From Hemiscyllium ocellatum (lineage: Eukaryota): 64,000 nt of DNA. A program made the position numbers and the translations under genes. The notes beneath the pieces are model-generated. The model made no database searches. It had not been told where the DNA came from and saw only the letters and a program-made list of their open reading frames with translations. The DNA lies in the NCBI RefSeq assembly GCF_020745735.1, contig NC_083435.1:28643231-28707230 (forward strand), written 5' to 3'. Below, one piece after another: positions 13,571-24,582 of this stretch; position 1 is the stretch's first letter, and every line of letters starts with the position of its first letter.

Positions 13571-16291
13571 TTTACAGTTCTCATTATAATCTCCAGAAAT
13601 TGAAACTATTTTATTAGCATTTCTCTGCATTAGCAAACCAGTCATCCAGTCAAATGTGCTATCCACAATTGACGCCGACTCAGAAATCACGCCCAGCTAT
13701 TCCCAGTTTCATCAAAAAAGTGTATTCCAGAAGTCTGGACGATCTCACAGTTAGGTAACTCATCAAGCAATCCTCAACCGCAAGGACGGAAAAACATTCC
13801 CTCTATCTCATTGGCTGTGCATAAACATCCTACAATAAATGAATGTACCGTCCAGGAGAATGAAGGCAGTAAGTATGACCTGAAGTTTGTGAACAGAGTT
13901 TTGCGAGTTTTAAAGCTGCAAATTCAACAAAATATGAAATGGCATGCTTCATTTCAGCTGAAAGATATAATAATATCGGAGACAGAGGGTAGAGAGCGTA
14001 GAGTGAGAAGCAAAACGTTAAAGCAATAGGAAGCTAAGGATAAAGACCGAGGACGAAATAGAAGTGTCCAAAAATCATTTCAATCTGCATTTGATGTCTT
14101 TAGTGGAGAGGAGACTCCATTTTGAGCAGGGAATATAGTTGATCACGTGGGAGAAATAAAAAGCTGTCAATACTTCAACTGCACTGATTTCTTTGGGACC
14201 ATGGGTGGTGGGAACAAAGGGCATGAAAGGCCAGAGATCGCATCCCATTTGTTTGTATAGCAGGAAGGCCATTGGAAATGATAGGCCATTGGCAATGGGA
14301 AACAGGGAGTCAGACTTCAAGAAACACTGCTGGGATAAGCAAGACGGATGGCTATATTGGTATTACTAGATCTGGATTAATGGGAAAAGCAGTGGAAGAT
14401 CTATTTAATGCGCGTGGCGAGAACAAGGTAGAAAACCAAGGATGGAAAGAATGAATCTCATTAACATGTGAAATGATAGTACTGGCCGAAACTCATGTTG
14501 TGTTCCATAATATGGAATTTTAATTAAGACTGATATTGTCTTTTCTATATTTTCCCCCAATCTTTTGCTCTGTTTACCTTGAAAATTATTTACCCTGAGT
14601 GTTTACCCTGTAAATTCCTCCTCCCACCGCCTCCTTTTGTTGGTTATCCTACTTTGACTGTTTCCTGTGTGGGAAGAGTTAGCTATAGTCTGTTCCAGCG
14701 TGGCTGCGGAGCCCATTTGCAGACTCACATGATTTATCCTTGTTGGGACAGACGTGAATTCTATGATAATGTTGCCCTTTCCATCTTTTGCTGCCAGTGT
14801 TCTTCACGGTTGGAATATAACTTCTTGCATTTGCGACCTAGATGGTACTCTCTTGCGCAATTTCCCCGCCTCAACAGAATCCAACATAAGGGGCCTCCAG
14901 CTGCAAAATCCCTTTCATATCCCTCTTTACCCTCTATGGTAGCAATATCATTTTTCCTGTTGTCCAATGTGGCTGAGCAATGTTTCGCAATTGTTTCTGC
15001 TTAGTGCTTTCGAACTCCACTAAACACCCAAGACAAATGCAAGTTGTTACTGAGAGTCTCCCCAAGGTGTCGAGGAAGAATATAATAACGAATCTGCAAC
15101 ATAATTTGTCTCATTTATGATTTCTGATACTGAATTTCATTACTCTAGTGAACCAGATGTTGAGTCCAAGGAGCGAGAATGTCAGGTTAGCTTGAAATAT
15201 GCACATCAATATTTGGGAATTTTGGCTTAATTGAGAAGTTAATACTTTCACTTGGAAATTCAGCACTTTGTAGCTGCGGAAATATCAACCATTTGACATG
15301 ATGGAAGGCCAGGTTCATTTCCTGGGTCAACTCTCCAATCCTTCCCAGGCGTTTGGGCCTCAAACCTGACCAATGTGAACTTTTGCGAGAAATTCATTGT
15401 GACGAAGAAAGCCGATTTGAGATTAAAATCTACTAAGTGCATTGTACATTGTACTCAATTTGCACTGCTTCAATTTTGTCTTTTCAGTTTGCAGAAACCC
15501 GCCGGAATGGAAAGGAGACCTGTGAAAGACTGAAAGATTATCCGCTGACCTGGTGCTCCTGCTGCAGATCTGAGGGATGGCACTGAGCCGAGTTGTACAG
15601 AAAATGAGTGGGGGATGGAGAGTGAGGAAAAGAAGCTCTCCAACCAAGCAGATGTGGGTGGAAAAGACCGAGGTAGTCAAATCCAACCTGTTTCAAATCC
15701 GCAAAGGCAGTGGTCTCCACTTATCCAGTGTCCACTGAAGTCAAAGCAATATTCATGGTAATTCTGTTTCAATGCTGACATAGATCTTAAACACATGAAA
15801 TGCATACATTTGTTGCTTTGGTATCTTCCTTCGTCCACTACAGTGAGTTCCTGGATATTTAGGCGAAACATCTGTACTTAAAAACAGGAATCGTTTTCTT
15901 TCTTTTCACAACAATGAAAAGCTAGTAAAGAATAAACAAAATGGCCCCGATAAGACCCAATAACAGAGGTCAGGTGCGCTGGAAACACGATAGGCATTGT
16001 ATTATTTAAATACATATGTTACATTAATTTACACTGTTATTCACTCAACGGTGAGGCATATTATTTACTTTTCATAATTTGGAAACCATGGACACGTCCG
16101 CATTGGTGCACGACGGCACTGTAGTTAGCACCGCTGCTGTAAACGATCGTGAGTGTGGGGCAATTTGAGAGTTGGTGAGTGTTGGGTGGAGTGATAGTGA
16201 CAGTGAAGGAGCGAGCAGAGTAGAGTGAGTGAGTGGCTGTCTCTCTCTCTCTCTCTGTTCGTGCAGTAACTCCTCTTCTTCTCTCTCTCAG

Positions 16292-16534
16292 TTTCCCCCA
16301 TGGTGTCCTTTATCCGGAGGGGTGATTCTAACTGGCTGTCTTGTCTCCTCACTGGGTTTTACCCACAAGCCATTGAGGTGACTCTGTGGAGGGACGGAGT
16401 CTTGATCGATGAGACCCTGTCCAATCACGATTGGATATATCAGATCCGGAAATGGAGAGAGTTTGACCCAAAGGATCAGGCTGAGTATTCCTGTCGGGTG
16501 GAGAACAACGGGCTAGAGGAGAAGTTGATTTATG
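16292..16534 (+). CDS. MHC class I-like copy A, alpha3 (Ig C1-set) exon
   Basis: Polypyrimidine-CAG acceptor and GTAAGA donor; 243 nt, phase 1-1, open; LSCLLTGFYPQAIEVTLW...YQIRKW...YSCRVE C1-set motifs; homologous to 56322-56588. Confidence 0.92.
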
Positions 16535-17449
16535 GTAAGACTGATTCTCACTGTTAGAGAGGAAAGAGTCTCACACCAGAATCATAGGAGGGAATGTCAC
16601 TGATGAGTTTAGGACAGGCTAGGGACCAGGATGGAGAGTGTGAAATAAACATTCACTTTCAGTATGTCAAAGATGTATCACTTATTGACAGGAGTGATTT
16701 AGAATGTGTGTGACAGTGTGTCAGGAACCGACGTACCTTGGAGTATTGCGAGTAGACTCTAAACTGTTTGATGAGGTAGAAAGAAAGATTGATATCTTCC
16801 TTCAAGCACAGAGTTTACTGCGTTGCTCAGTCCTACCCTTATTAGACCAGGGTTTCACAGTTGCTCTGTTAATAGATCGTCAAAATAAATTAACATGTAG
16901 CAACAGGTTCTCTTCACATGAACAATATGATTCTCCATAACCAGGTTCTCTTCTTTGAGGTAAATCTTTTGTTGCCAGTTTTTCTAAACCGAATTGAAAC
17001 TAAATAATTGGTCAGGCTTTCTGGAGAATGCCATTCCACTCCCGTCATCTTTCACAGAACAAAGAGCTTTCTGTTTCTGAGAGGCGATAGTGATCTGAAG
17101 GAGATGCGTTCCTTCAGAAATACAGAACCATGCTACCATTCTGAACTGTCTATTGAGCCATAGAACCGAAGGCAAGCCATGCTCCTGTTTTCACAGTGGT
17201 CAGTATTCAGAGATCAAATATGGTGCCCAAAAGCCAGACAGTATGGTAGCTGCTGCAAACAGTTATGTTTGTAAGTAACTGTGAGGCTGGTGTGCCAGGT
17301 AGGGAGGGGAAGTATGATGCCAAGTTAAGTAGAATGGCAGTTTGGAAGCTAGGGTGCCAGGGGATTAAGTGCCATCTGGCGAGGATGGCAAGTGGATCAG
17401 GCATTCAGGCATTAGGGGACCGTGTAACTGATGAAGTGGTGTGGGTTGT

Positions 17450-17930
17450 GTAGAGTCATGAGTTAAACAGCACAGAAACAGACCCTTCGGTCCAACTCGC
17501 CCATGCTGACCAGATATCCTAAATTGGTTTGTTCCCATTTGCCATCGTTTAGCCAGTACCTCGCTGAACTCTTTCTAATCATGTCCCCATCCAGATGTCT
17601 TTGAAATGTTGTTAATGTATTTGCTTCCACCATTTCCTCTGGCAGCGTGTTCAGTATGTACACTAACCTGTGAGTGAAAAAGTTGCCCTCAGTTTCCTTC
17701 TAAATCTTTCCTGTCTCCCGTTAAACTGATGCCCTCTCCTTCTGGACTCCTGTACCCTGGGGAAAAGGACCTTGGCTATTCACGCTATCCATGCCTCTCA
17801 TGATTTTGGAAAGCTCGACAAAATCACCCTTCAGCCACCAGTGCCCCAGAGAAAATAACCCCAACCTATTCAGCCTTTCCCGATATCTCAAACCCTCCAA
17901 CCCTGGCAACATCCTTGTAAATCTTTTCTT
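17450..17930 (-). mobile_element. CR1/HER1-type LINE 3' fragment
   Basis: ORF track MLPGLEGLRYRERLNRLGLFSL, the CR1 RT C-terminus. Confidence 0.8.
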
Positions 17931-19079
17931 TGCCCTTTAGAGTTTATCATCTTTTCTATAGCAGAGAGATCAGACTCGTTCCCCTCAGCTTCTCTACTCT
18001 CCGAATCTCACATATTTTGTCCATCAGGTTGGGGTGGAGTGGTGTCAAATCTAGAGGGATGGTGGGGTCAGTGGGAATTTGCATTCACGGGATGGGAAGT
18101 TGGGTCCAGGAGTGGAGACAAGGTGTTTTGGTTGGACATATCGAGACTGCGGGTTGGGCAGGAGATGTAGGATTCAGCATATGGATGTGGGAAGCTGCAC
18201 CTAGAGTGGAATAAGGGTGGGGTGGGATCGTGTGTGGAGAGGAGAGTTCGGTATGAAGGCGAGATTGCAGGAGGAGATGTAGATTGTGATCAGAATTTGA
18301 GGTTTTAAAGGGGCTGTGGGGCGATGAATTCGAGGTGGTCTGAGGTACATTGCGGGAGTCAATATAATAGTTATCTAGGGTGAGACTGGGCCTTGAATCA
18401 TGTAATCCCTAGAATGCAGAAGCAGGCTAATTGGCCATTTGAATCCACACCAAACTTCCAAGAGCATCCCACACTGACCCGCTCACCCCACATTATCCCT
18501 GAAACCCCGCAATTCCCATGATCAACTCACCTAACCTACACATCACTGGACGCTGTGGGCAATTAACAGTCTAACATTTCCACTGAGTCCCTGTGAATAA
18601 GCTGCAGCAAAACTCTCTGAAGGCTCACGTTTCTCTGGAGATCTTCAGAGGGTTCCAGGAGGACAGGAAATGCCCAGAAAATCTTCAGTTATCTGGGTCA
18701 CATCTTCAGTACTATGGTGCATGGTGCCCAGTGCAAAACTCAAATCGACACTGCAGAACAAGCAATCTTCCCAAAGGAAAGTCTGGATCGAAATTGTCTA
18801 ATCATTTCTTTGTTGCCTGTTACAGTGTAGGCTATGAACAAGTGGAGGTCTGTCAGTGAATGGGCAATGCTCAGTGTGGGTGAGGGTGGTAGGGAAATAG
18901 AAATGGAATTCATGGCCAGTCCACACTGACGGAGACATTCGGGTTTGGATCTGGTGGAGGTGACACTCTCAGACCTGAATCCTGAGGATTATGTCTGACA
19001 TGGAGCTAAAGGGGACAAAGGTTTTCAGGCTCTATGGCAGGTTTGGTTGAAGGGAGGTTAGTTTTTATGACGTGGGAGT

Positions 19080-19290
19080 TTGAGTGTGAGTGAGCGATGT
19101 GTAGTAGAGTTGGGGAAGTGTGTGTCTTCACATGTGTGTGCTCGTACGTTCGTATCCATGTGCTTGTGTTTTCACATGCATGTCTGTGTGTGTCTGTGTT
19201 CGTGTCTATGTTTGTATCAGTCTCTGTGTGTCTGTGTGTTTATGTTTGTGTCTGTGTGTGTCTGCTTGTGTCTGCCTGCGTGTTGTTTGT
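19080..19290. repeat. Degenerate (TG)n-rich simple repeat
   Basis: Directly visible; explains the C/V-rich ORFs. Confidence 0.85.
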
Positions 19291-19669
19291 GACAGCTTGC
19301 TGCATCTGTCAGTCATTGCAAGGCTTTGCGGGAGCAGCAGAGTTGAGGATGTTGGTTGTAAAAGTATGAACATAGCATGTCATAATAGCTAAATATTTTT
19401 ATTCACAATTCACAAAGAAGCCTCTTTGATCTTTCTGATATTGTGCATGTTCTTTCATCATTTGTGCCTGTGGTTTGTCAGTTCACCTCCTTCCTGGCCA
19501 TTGAAAGCTCATTAGCCACTACTATCTGATTTCTCAAACCAACCCAAAGCCCCTCTTTTGAGCTCGGCAGTGCATCCCAGGCTTTTAATTTTAATCTGTG
19601 AAACCTCCCGATTCCTCCTGCATCTCTAATGATATCTCTCTTATTTTCATCCACCCAGAGCTTATCAGT

Positions 19670-19985
19670 GGGCGGCACGGTGGCACAGTGGTTAGCACTG
19701 CTGCCTCACAGCGCCAGAGATCCGAGTTCAATTCCCGACTCAGGTGACTGACTATGTGGAGTTTGCACGTTCTCCCCGTGTCTGCGTGGGTTTCCTCCGG
19801 GTGCTCCGGTTTCCTCCCACAGTCCAAAGATGTGCGGGTCAGGTGAATTAGCCATGCTAAATTGCCCGTAGTGTTAGGTAAGGGGTAAATGTAGGGGTAT
19901 GGGTGGGTTGCGCTTCGGCGGGTCGGTGTGGACTTGTTGGGCCGAAGGGCCTGTTTCCACACTGTAAGTCTAATCTAATCTAATC
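19670..19985 (+). mobile_element. Full-length HE1-like SINE
   Basis: gggcggcacggtggcacagtggttagc head with Pol III A/B-box-like motifs; (TAATC)n tail. Confidence 0.92.
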
Positions 19986-20907
19986 CACTCTGAGACGGGT
20001 AAAATTAAATATTGCGTTGTTATAATAAACCTGCCTGGAACCTTGGTGAGATTGCATTTAGAATCCTGTGTGAAGATCTGTTCTCTGTGTCATTAAAAAG
20101 CAAAAATGTAGAGACACTGGAGAGGGGTGCAGAAGAGATGTATCGGCATGGTAACAGAATTGTGTGTGTCTAAGTATTGGCAGGATTGGCTGTCTGGATC
20201 TCCTCCCTCAAGGGAGCAAGAGAAGGAATTGGTATCAGAGGTCATTAAAATAATGAAATGTTTCAGTAGCATAAATATATTGTGAATGTTTCCTGTTGGG
20301 TGGTCATAGAGCACCAATAAAACATTGTCACCCACACAGTCCAGAGGAAATTCAAGAGAAAGTTCTGTAAGTAAACAGGAAAGTGGAGTCAAAACTCGAC
20401 TGAGTTGGTTGAAGTGGAGAGCACAGATGGCTTAACGGAGAAACTTGGCAACAATACGAGGCAGAAAAAATGGATGGCTATGACAACATGATTCTGGTGA
20501 TGGTGATGGTGATACGGTGGCTCAGTTGTTAGCACAGCTGCCTCATAGCGTCAGGGACTCATTTTTGATTTCATCCTTGGACAACCATCTGCATGGAGTT
20601 TTCACGTTCTCCTGTTTCCTCCCACAGCCAAAGGATACGCAGATTATGGTGATTAACGATGGGAATTTGTGTCTGGGTGAATTGCTTTATGGAAGGTCGG
20701 TGCAGACTCAATGGGCCAAATGACCTCTTTCAGCACTGTAGGGAGTCTACCATAAATTGACATGGGTTCAGATGGGAGGAGACGAGAATGGAGCATTGTC
20801 ACCAGAATGGAATAAGTGAGCTGAATGGCCTGTGTAATCTCATGCTTTCTCTTCCTCGCTGTCTCTGAAAGTACACAGACTTTTTGTCACTCCTTACTGT
20901 CTTACAG

Positions 20908-21012
20908 TGCCACAGTCTGACTCTCATGTTCTTGTTGCTGTTATGGTTTCACTTGGAGTCTTAATGATCATCGCTGTCCTTTTAGGGGCTATCGCCATCT
21001 TTTCCAAGAAAG
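20908..21012 (+). CDS. MHC class I-like copy A, transmembrane exon (VPQSDSHVLVAVMVSLGVLMIIAVLLGAIAIFSKK)
   Basis: cttacag acceptor and GTAAGA donor; 105 nt, phase 1-1; hydrophobic helix followed by KK; in frame with alpha3. Confidence 0.85.
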
Positions 21013-21452
21013 GTAAGAAGATTCCATGCAGCTCCCCAATGGAGGACCTATGGGTATGTGGGGTGAGCGCAGGGCCATGGTAGTAAAGGGCTCATGGTGT
21101 TTGTGGAGCTGTTCGGGTAGAAAGTTGTCCTGAAGAAACTTGGTGGTGGAGGATTAGCTCAGTCTGTGGGGTCCTGAGTCCAGAGAGGTGACTGTAGCAC
21201 TTCATCAATGTTTAGAGGCATTGAAGTGTACCAGGGTTTGTCAGTGAAGGCTTTGTAAGTGTTCACAGTGAGAGAGCGGATCTCGCTGTCTGTGGAGAGG
21301 ACTTAAGTGTGGAGTGCGCTTACCAATTCTGGAGGCCTCATCGTATGACTTAGAGACGCTCCAGCCAATGTTTTGGCCAGTCCATCAATCCAGTGAACTC
21401 CCTGCCCTCCCACACCAATCAGAATGCAAGGAGACGTCATACCCAATTGGAT

Positions 21453-22800
21453 AATAGAACATCAAACAATACAGCACAGAACAGGCCCTTCGGCTCTCGA
21501 TGTTGAGCTGACCTGTGAACTATTCTCAGCTCGTCCCCCTACACTATCCCAAAGTCATCTGTGTGATTAGCTAAGGATTGTTTAAATCTCCCTCATGTGG
21601 CTGAGTTAACTACATTTGCAGGTAGGGCATTCCACACCTTACCACTCTCTGCCTAAAGAACCTACCTCTGACATCTGTCTTAAATCTATCACCCCTCAAT
21701 TTGTAATTGTGCCCTCTCGTACAAGCTGACATCATCATACTTGAAAAGAGACTTTCACTGTCTACCCTTTCTAATCCTCTGATCATCTTGTATGTTTTTA
21801 TCAAATCCCCCCTTAGCTGTCTTCTTTCCCATGAGAACAGACGCAAGTCTCTCAGCCTTTCCTCATAAGACCTTCCCTCCAGACCAGGCAACATTCTGGT
21901 AAATCTCCTTTGCACCTTTTCCAATTCTTCCACATCCTTTCTGTAATGGGGCAACCAGAACTGTACACAATATTCCAAGTGTGGCCGCACCAGCATTTTG
22001 TATACTTGCCACATGATATTGCGGTTCCAGAACTCAACCCCTCTACCAATAAAACCTAACACACTGTAAGCCTTCTTAGCAGCACTATCCACCTGGATGG
22101 TAACTTTCAGGGATCTATGCACATGGGCTCCAAGATCCCTCTGCACATCCACACCACCAAGAATCTTTTCATTGACCGTGTACTCTGCCTTCCTGTTATT
22201 CTTCCCAAAAGTGCATCACCTCACATTTAGCTGCATTGAACTCCATTTGCCACCTCTCAGCCCAATTCTGCAGTTTATCCAAGTCCCCCTGCAACCTGTA
22301 ACAATCTTCCAAACTGTCCACCACTCCACCGACTTTAGTGTCATCTGCAAATTTACTAATCCATCCACTTATGTCTGTGTCTAAGTCATTTGTAAAAATG
22401 ACCAACAGCAGTGGTGCCAAAGCAGATCCTTGTGGCACATGACTAGTAACGGGACTCCAGACTGAATATTTTCCATCGATCACAACTCGCTGCCTTCTTC
22501 CAGAAAGCCAGTTTCTAATCCAAGTTGCTAAATCACCCTCAATTCCATGCATCAGCATTTTCTCCATCAGCCTACCATGTGGAACGTTATCAAAGGCTTT
22601 ACTGGAGTCCAAGTATACCACGTTAACTGCCCTACCCTCATCCACATGGTTGGTCACCTTCTCAAAAACTTCAGTGTGGTTTGTGAGACACGACCTGCCC
22701 TTGTTGAAACCATGTTGACTATCTGAAATCAAACTGTTGCTTGCTAGGTGATTATAAATCTTATCTCTCATAGTCCTTTCCCAAACCTTTCCTACAATAA
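21453..22800 (-). mobile_element. 5'-truncated CR1/HER1-type LINE (RT region, frameshifted)
   Basis: ORFs 22196-22837 (SKFADDTKVGG) and 21610-22152 (RPHLEYCVQFW). Confidence 0.92.
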
Positions 22801-23732
22801 TGCTTGATCTTCTGTCAAAAACTACCCACCCCTTCATTTTTCCCTATTATTTTCGATATTTAACATCTGATTAAAAATAAATTTGCAAAGGAAGTGACCG
22901 ATGAAGCCAATCTTTCATACCAATGCCCTCTCTACTTTCTTCGGCGTTACAGACAGTTGGAAATTGGTTCAGCTCAATTGGCTAGATTGTTCATTTACAG
23001 AGAAGTGTGATGCCAATAGCGTGGTTTCAATTCCCATCACTGGTTTTAGGTTACCATAAAGGACTCTCTTTCTTCACCTTTACCTCGCCTTCGGTCTGGT
23101 GGCCTTCAGGGTAAATCACCACAAGGCACTTCTCTGGAATGAGAGAGCAGTCTCTATGATCTGATATGACTATGGTGACGCAACAGAAGCAAGAGACAGT
23201 TGGATGATGGTTGTATGATCCTCATCTCCTCGAGACTCCAAGGCAGTCATGCTATTTAGTCAATGCTGCGTTATTGGGCTTTGGGGGTAGTGTTGGGTGG
23301 GTGGGAGATGATGGATAGCAGAGGCTTAGGGTGTCCCCATGCTCCTCAGGTCCTGGTGAAGGGTCGCAGGTCAATGGAGGGAGTACTGAGTATGTGTGAG
23401 GGCACCAGGCTGTAGATTGAGGGCCTTATCTTTGAGGCAGAAGATGCTACAGAAATGGGTTTCAGTTTGGGAGAGGCTCCCAGTTCGCTCAGAAGGGTGG
23501 GAGGGAATGACGGGGGAGTTGAGGTAAGAACTTTGGGTGAGTGATGGAGCGAGAGGGTCAGGTGAATGTGGGAACAAGAAGCTTGGTTTCAGGTTTGGAG
23601 TGAAGTGTTACAGGATGGAGTTCGAGTGAGTCAGAGTGGGGATTTTGTGGGGAATGTGCTAATTAGGAATGTGGGAGTGAGAGGGAGCAAAGAGCATTTG
23701 GGGAAGCAGGAGGAGTGCGAGGGAGCCAAAGA

Positions 23733-23978
23733 GCCACGTTCTCCCTGTGTCTTTGTGGGTTTCCTCCGGTTGCTCCGGTTTCTGCCCACAGTCCAAAGAT
23801 GTGCGAGTCAGGTGAATTGGCCATGCTAAATTGCCCGTCGTGTTAGGTAATGGGTAAATGTAGGGGTATGGGTGGGTTACGCTTCGGCAGGTCGGTGTGG
23901 ACTTGTTTGGCCGAAAGGCCTGTTTCCACACTGTAAGTAATCTAATTTAATCTAATCTAAAAAGTAATCTAATCTAAA
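23733..23978 (+). mobile_element. 5'-truncated HE1-like SINE
   Basis: Matches the 3' two-thirds of 19670-19985, with a TAATC tail. Confidence 0.85.
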
Positions 23979-24169
23979 GAGATGGGAGGGGGCAGTGGCT
24001 GTAAGAGGGTGTGGTGGGAGAGCGAAGGAGCGCGGGCAGAATTTATGTGGGACTGATCTGATGAGAGAAGGGACAAAACTTTTTGTTTGACTGGGAGTCC
24101 TACTCAGTTTTCAGCCTTAATTTTTTTGTCAGTATATTGTCAATCACTGAATGTTCCTTGTTTTCACAG

Positions 24170-24202
24170 TGAGAAGGAAGAGTGACTCCATCCATACACA
24201 CA
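24170..24202 (+). CDS. MHC class I-like copy A, cytoplasmic exon 1 (VRRKSDSIHTH)
   Basis: ttttcacag acceptor and GTAAGT donor; 33 nt, phase 1-1; in frame. Confidence 0.75.
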
Positions 24203-24534
24203 GTAAGTTAAATTATCCTCTGGATCCTCTGTCCGTTGTGTGACTGACACACTGACCAACTGGTTGCTCCCTCTGTTGGTGTGTTTCTATCTCTATGTCT
24301 CTCATTGACTCTATCTGGATGGTTTACTATTTGCATTGTGGCCGTGTGAGTGTGTGTGTATCTGACTCTGTGTCTTTGTGTTTGTATGTACGTGTGCCTC
24401 TGTGACTTTCTCGCTCTCTATATTTTATCCTCATCCTTTGCCCTGTCTGTATCCCTCTCCCTGTTTACCCTGTATGTCTTGTGTGCTTGGTGTGATATTG
24501 AACAGATTTTAATGCCTCTCTTATCCATTAACAG

Positions 24535-24582
24535 TTTCTGATGATAGGATATCCTCAGCCAGTTCCACAGCCAGTTCTTAAG
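24535..24582 (+). CDS. MHC class I-like copy A, cytoplasmic exon 2 (ISDDRISSASSTASS*), stop TAA 24579-24581
   Basis: ttaacag acceptor; 48 nt up to a GT; Ser-rich class I tail; homologous to 51657-51610 on the minus strand. Confidence 0.75.

Noticed and set aside
14579-15004. 141-aa ORF upstream of the alpha3 exon
   Set aside because: No signal peptide or class I alpha1/alpha2 motifs
15051-15114. 64-nt ATG-to-GT segment (MRQIMLQIRYYILPRHLGETL) as exon 1 of the GPCR pseudogene
   Set aside because: Size and phase fit, but the donor is weak (GTAACA) and it lacks the hydrophobic IIGxP motif; not supportable
15488-15545. Possible alpha2 remnant for copy A (PEWKG / ETCERLKDY in two frames after a good acceptor)
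   Set aside because: Needs several indels, has little nucleotide similarity to the alpha2 at 57598-57805 and no matching donor; unresolved without an alignment
15677-15871. FRLNIQELTVVDEGRYQ resembles an Ig V-set E-F strand motif
   Set aside because: No Cys after the D-x-G-x-Y motif and no upstream B-strand Cys or Trp; likely chance
19080-19392. Cys/Val-rich ORFs
   Set aside because: Translation of a TG-rich simple repeat
19670-19745. tRNA-like sequences at SINE heads
   Set aside because: tRNA-derived SINE promoters continuous with SINE bodies; not tRNA genes
19591-19962. Recurrent ORFs such as MWKQALRPNKSTPT... (also 23659-23931, 26200-26448)
   Set aside because: Antisense translations of HE1-like SINE copies
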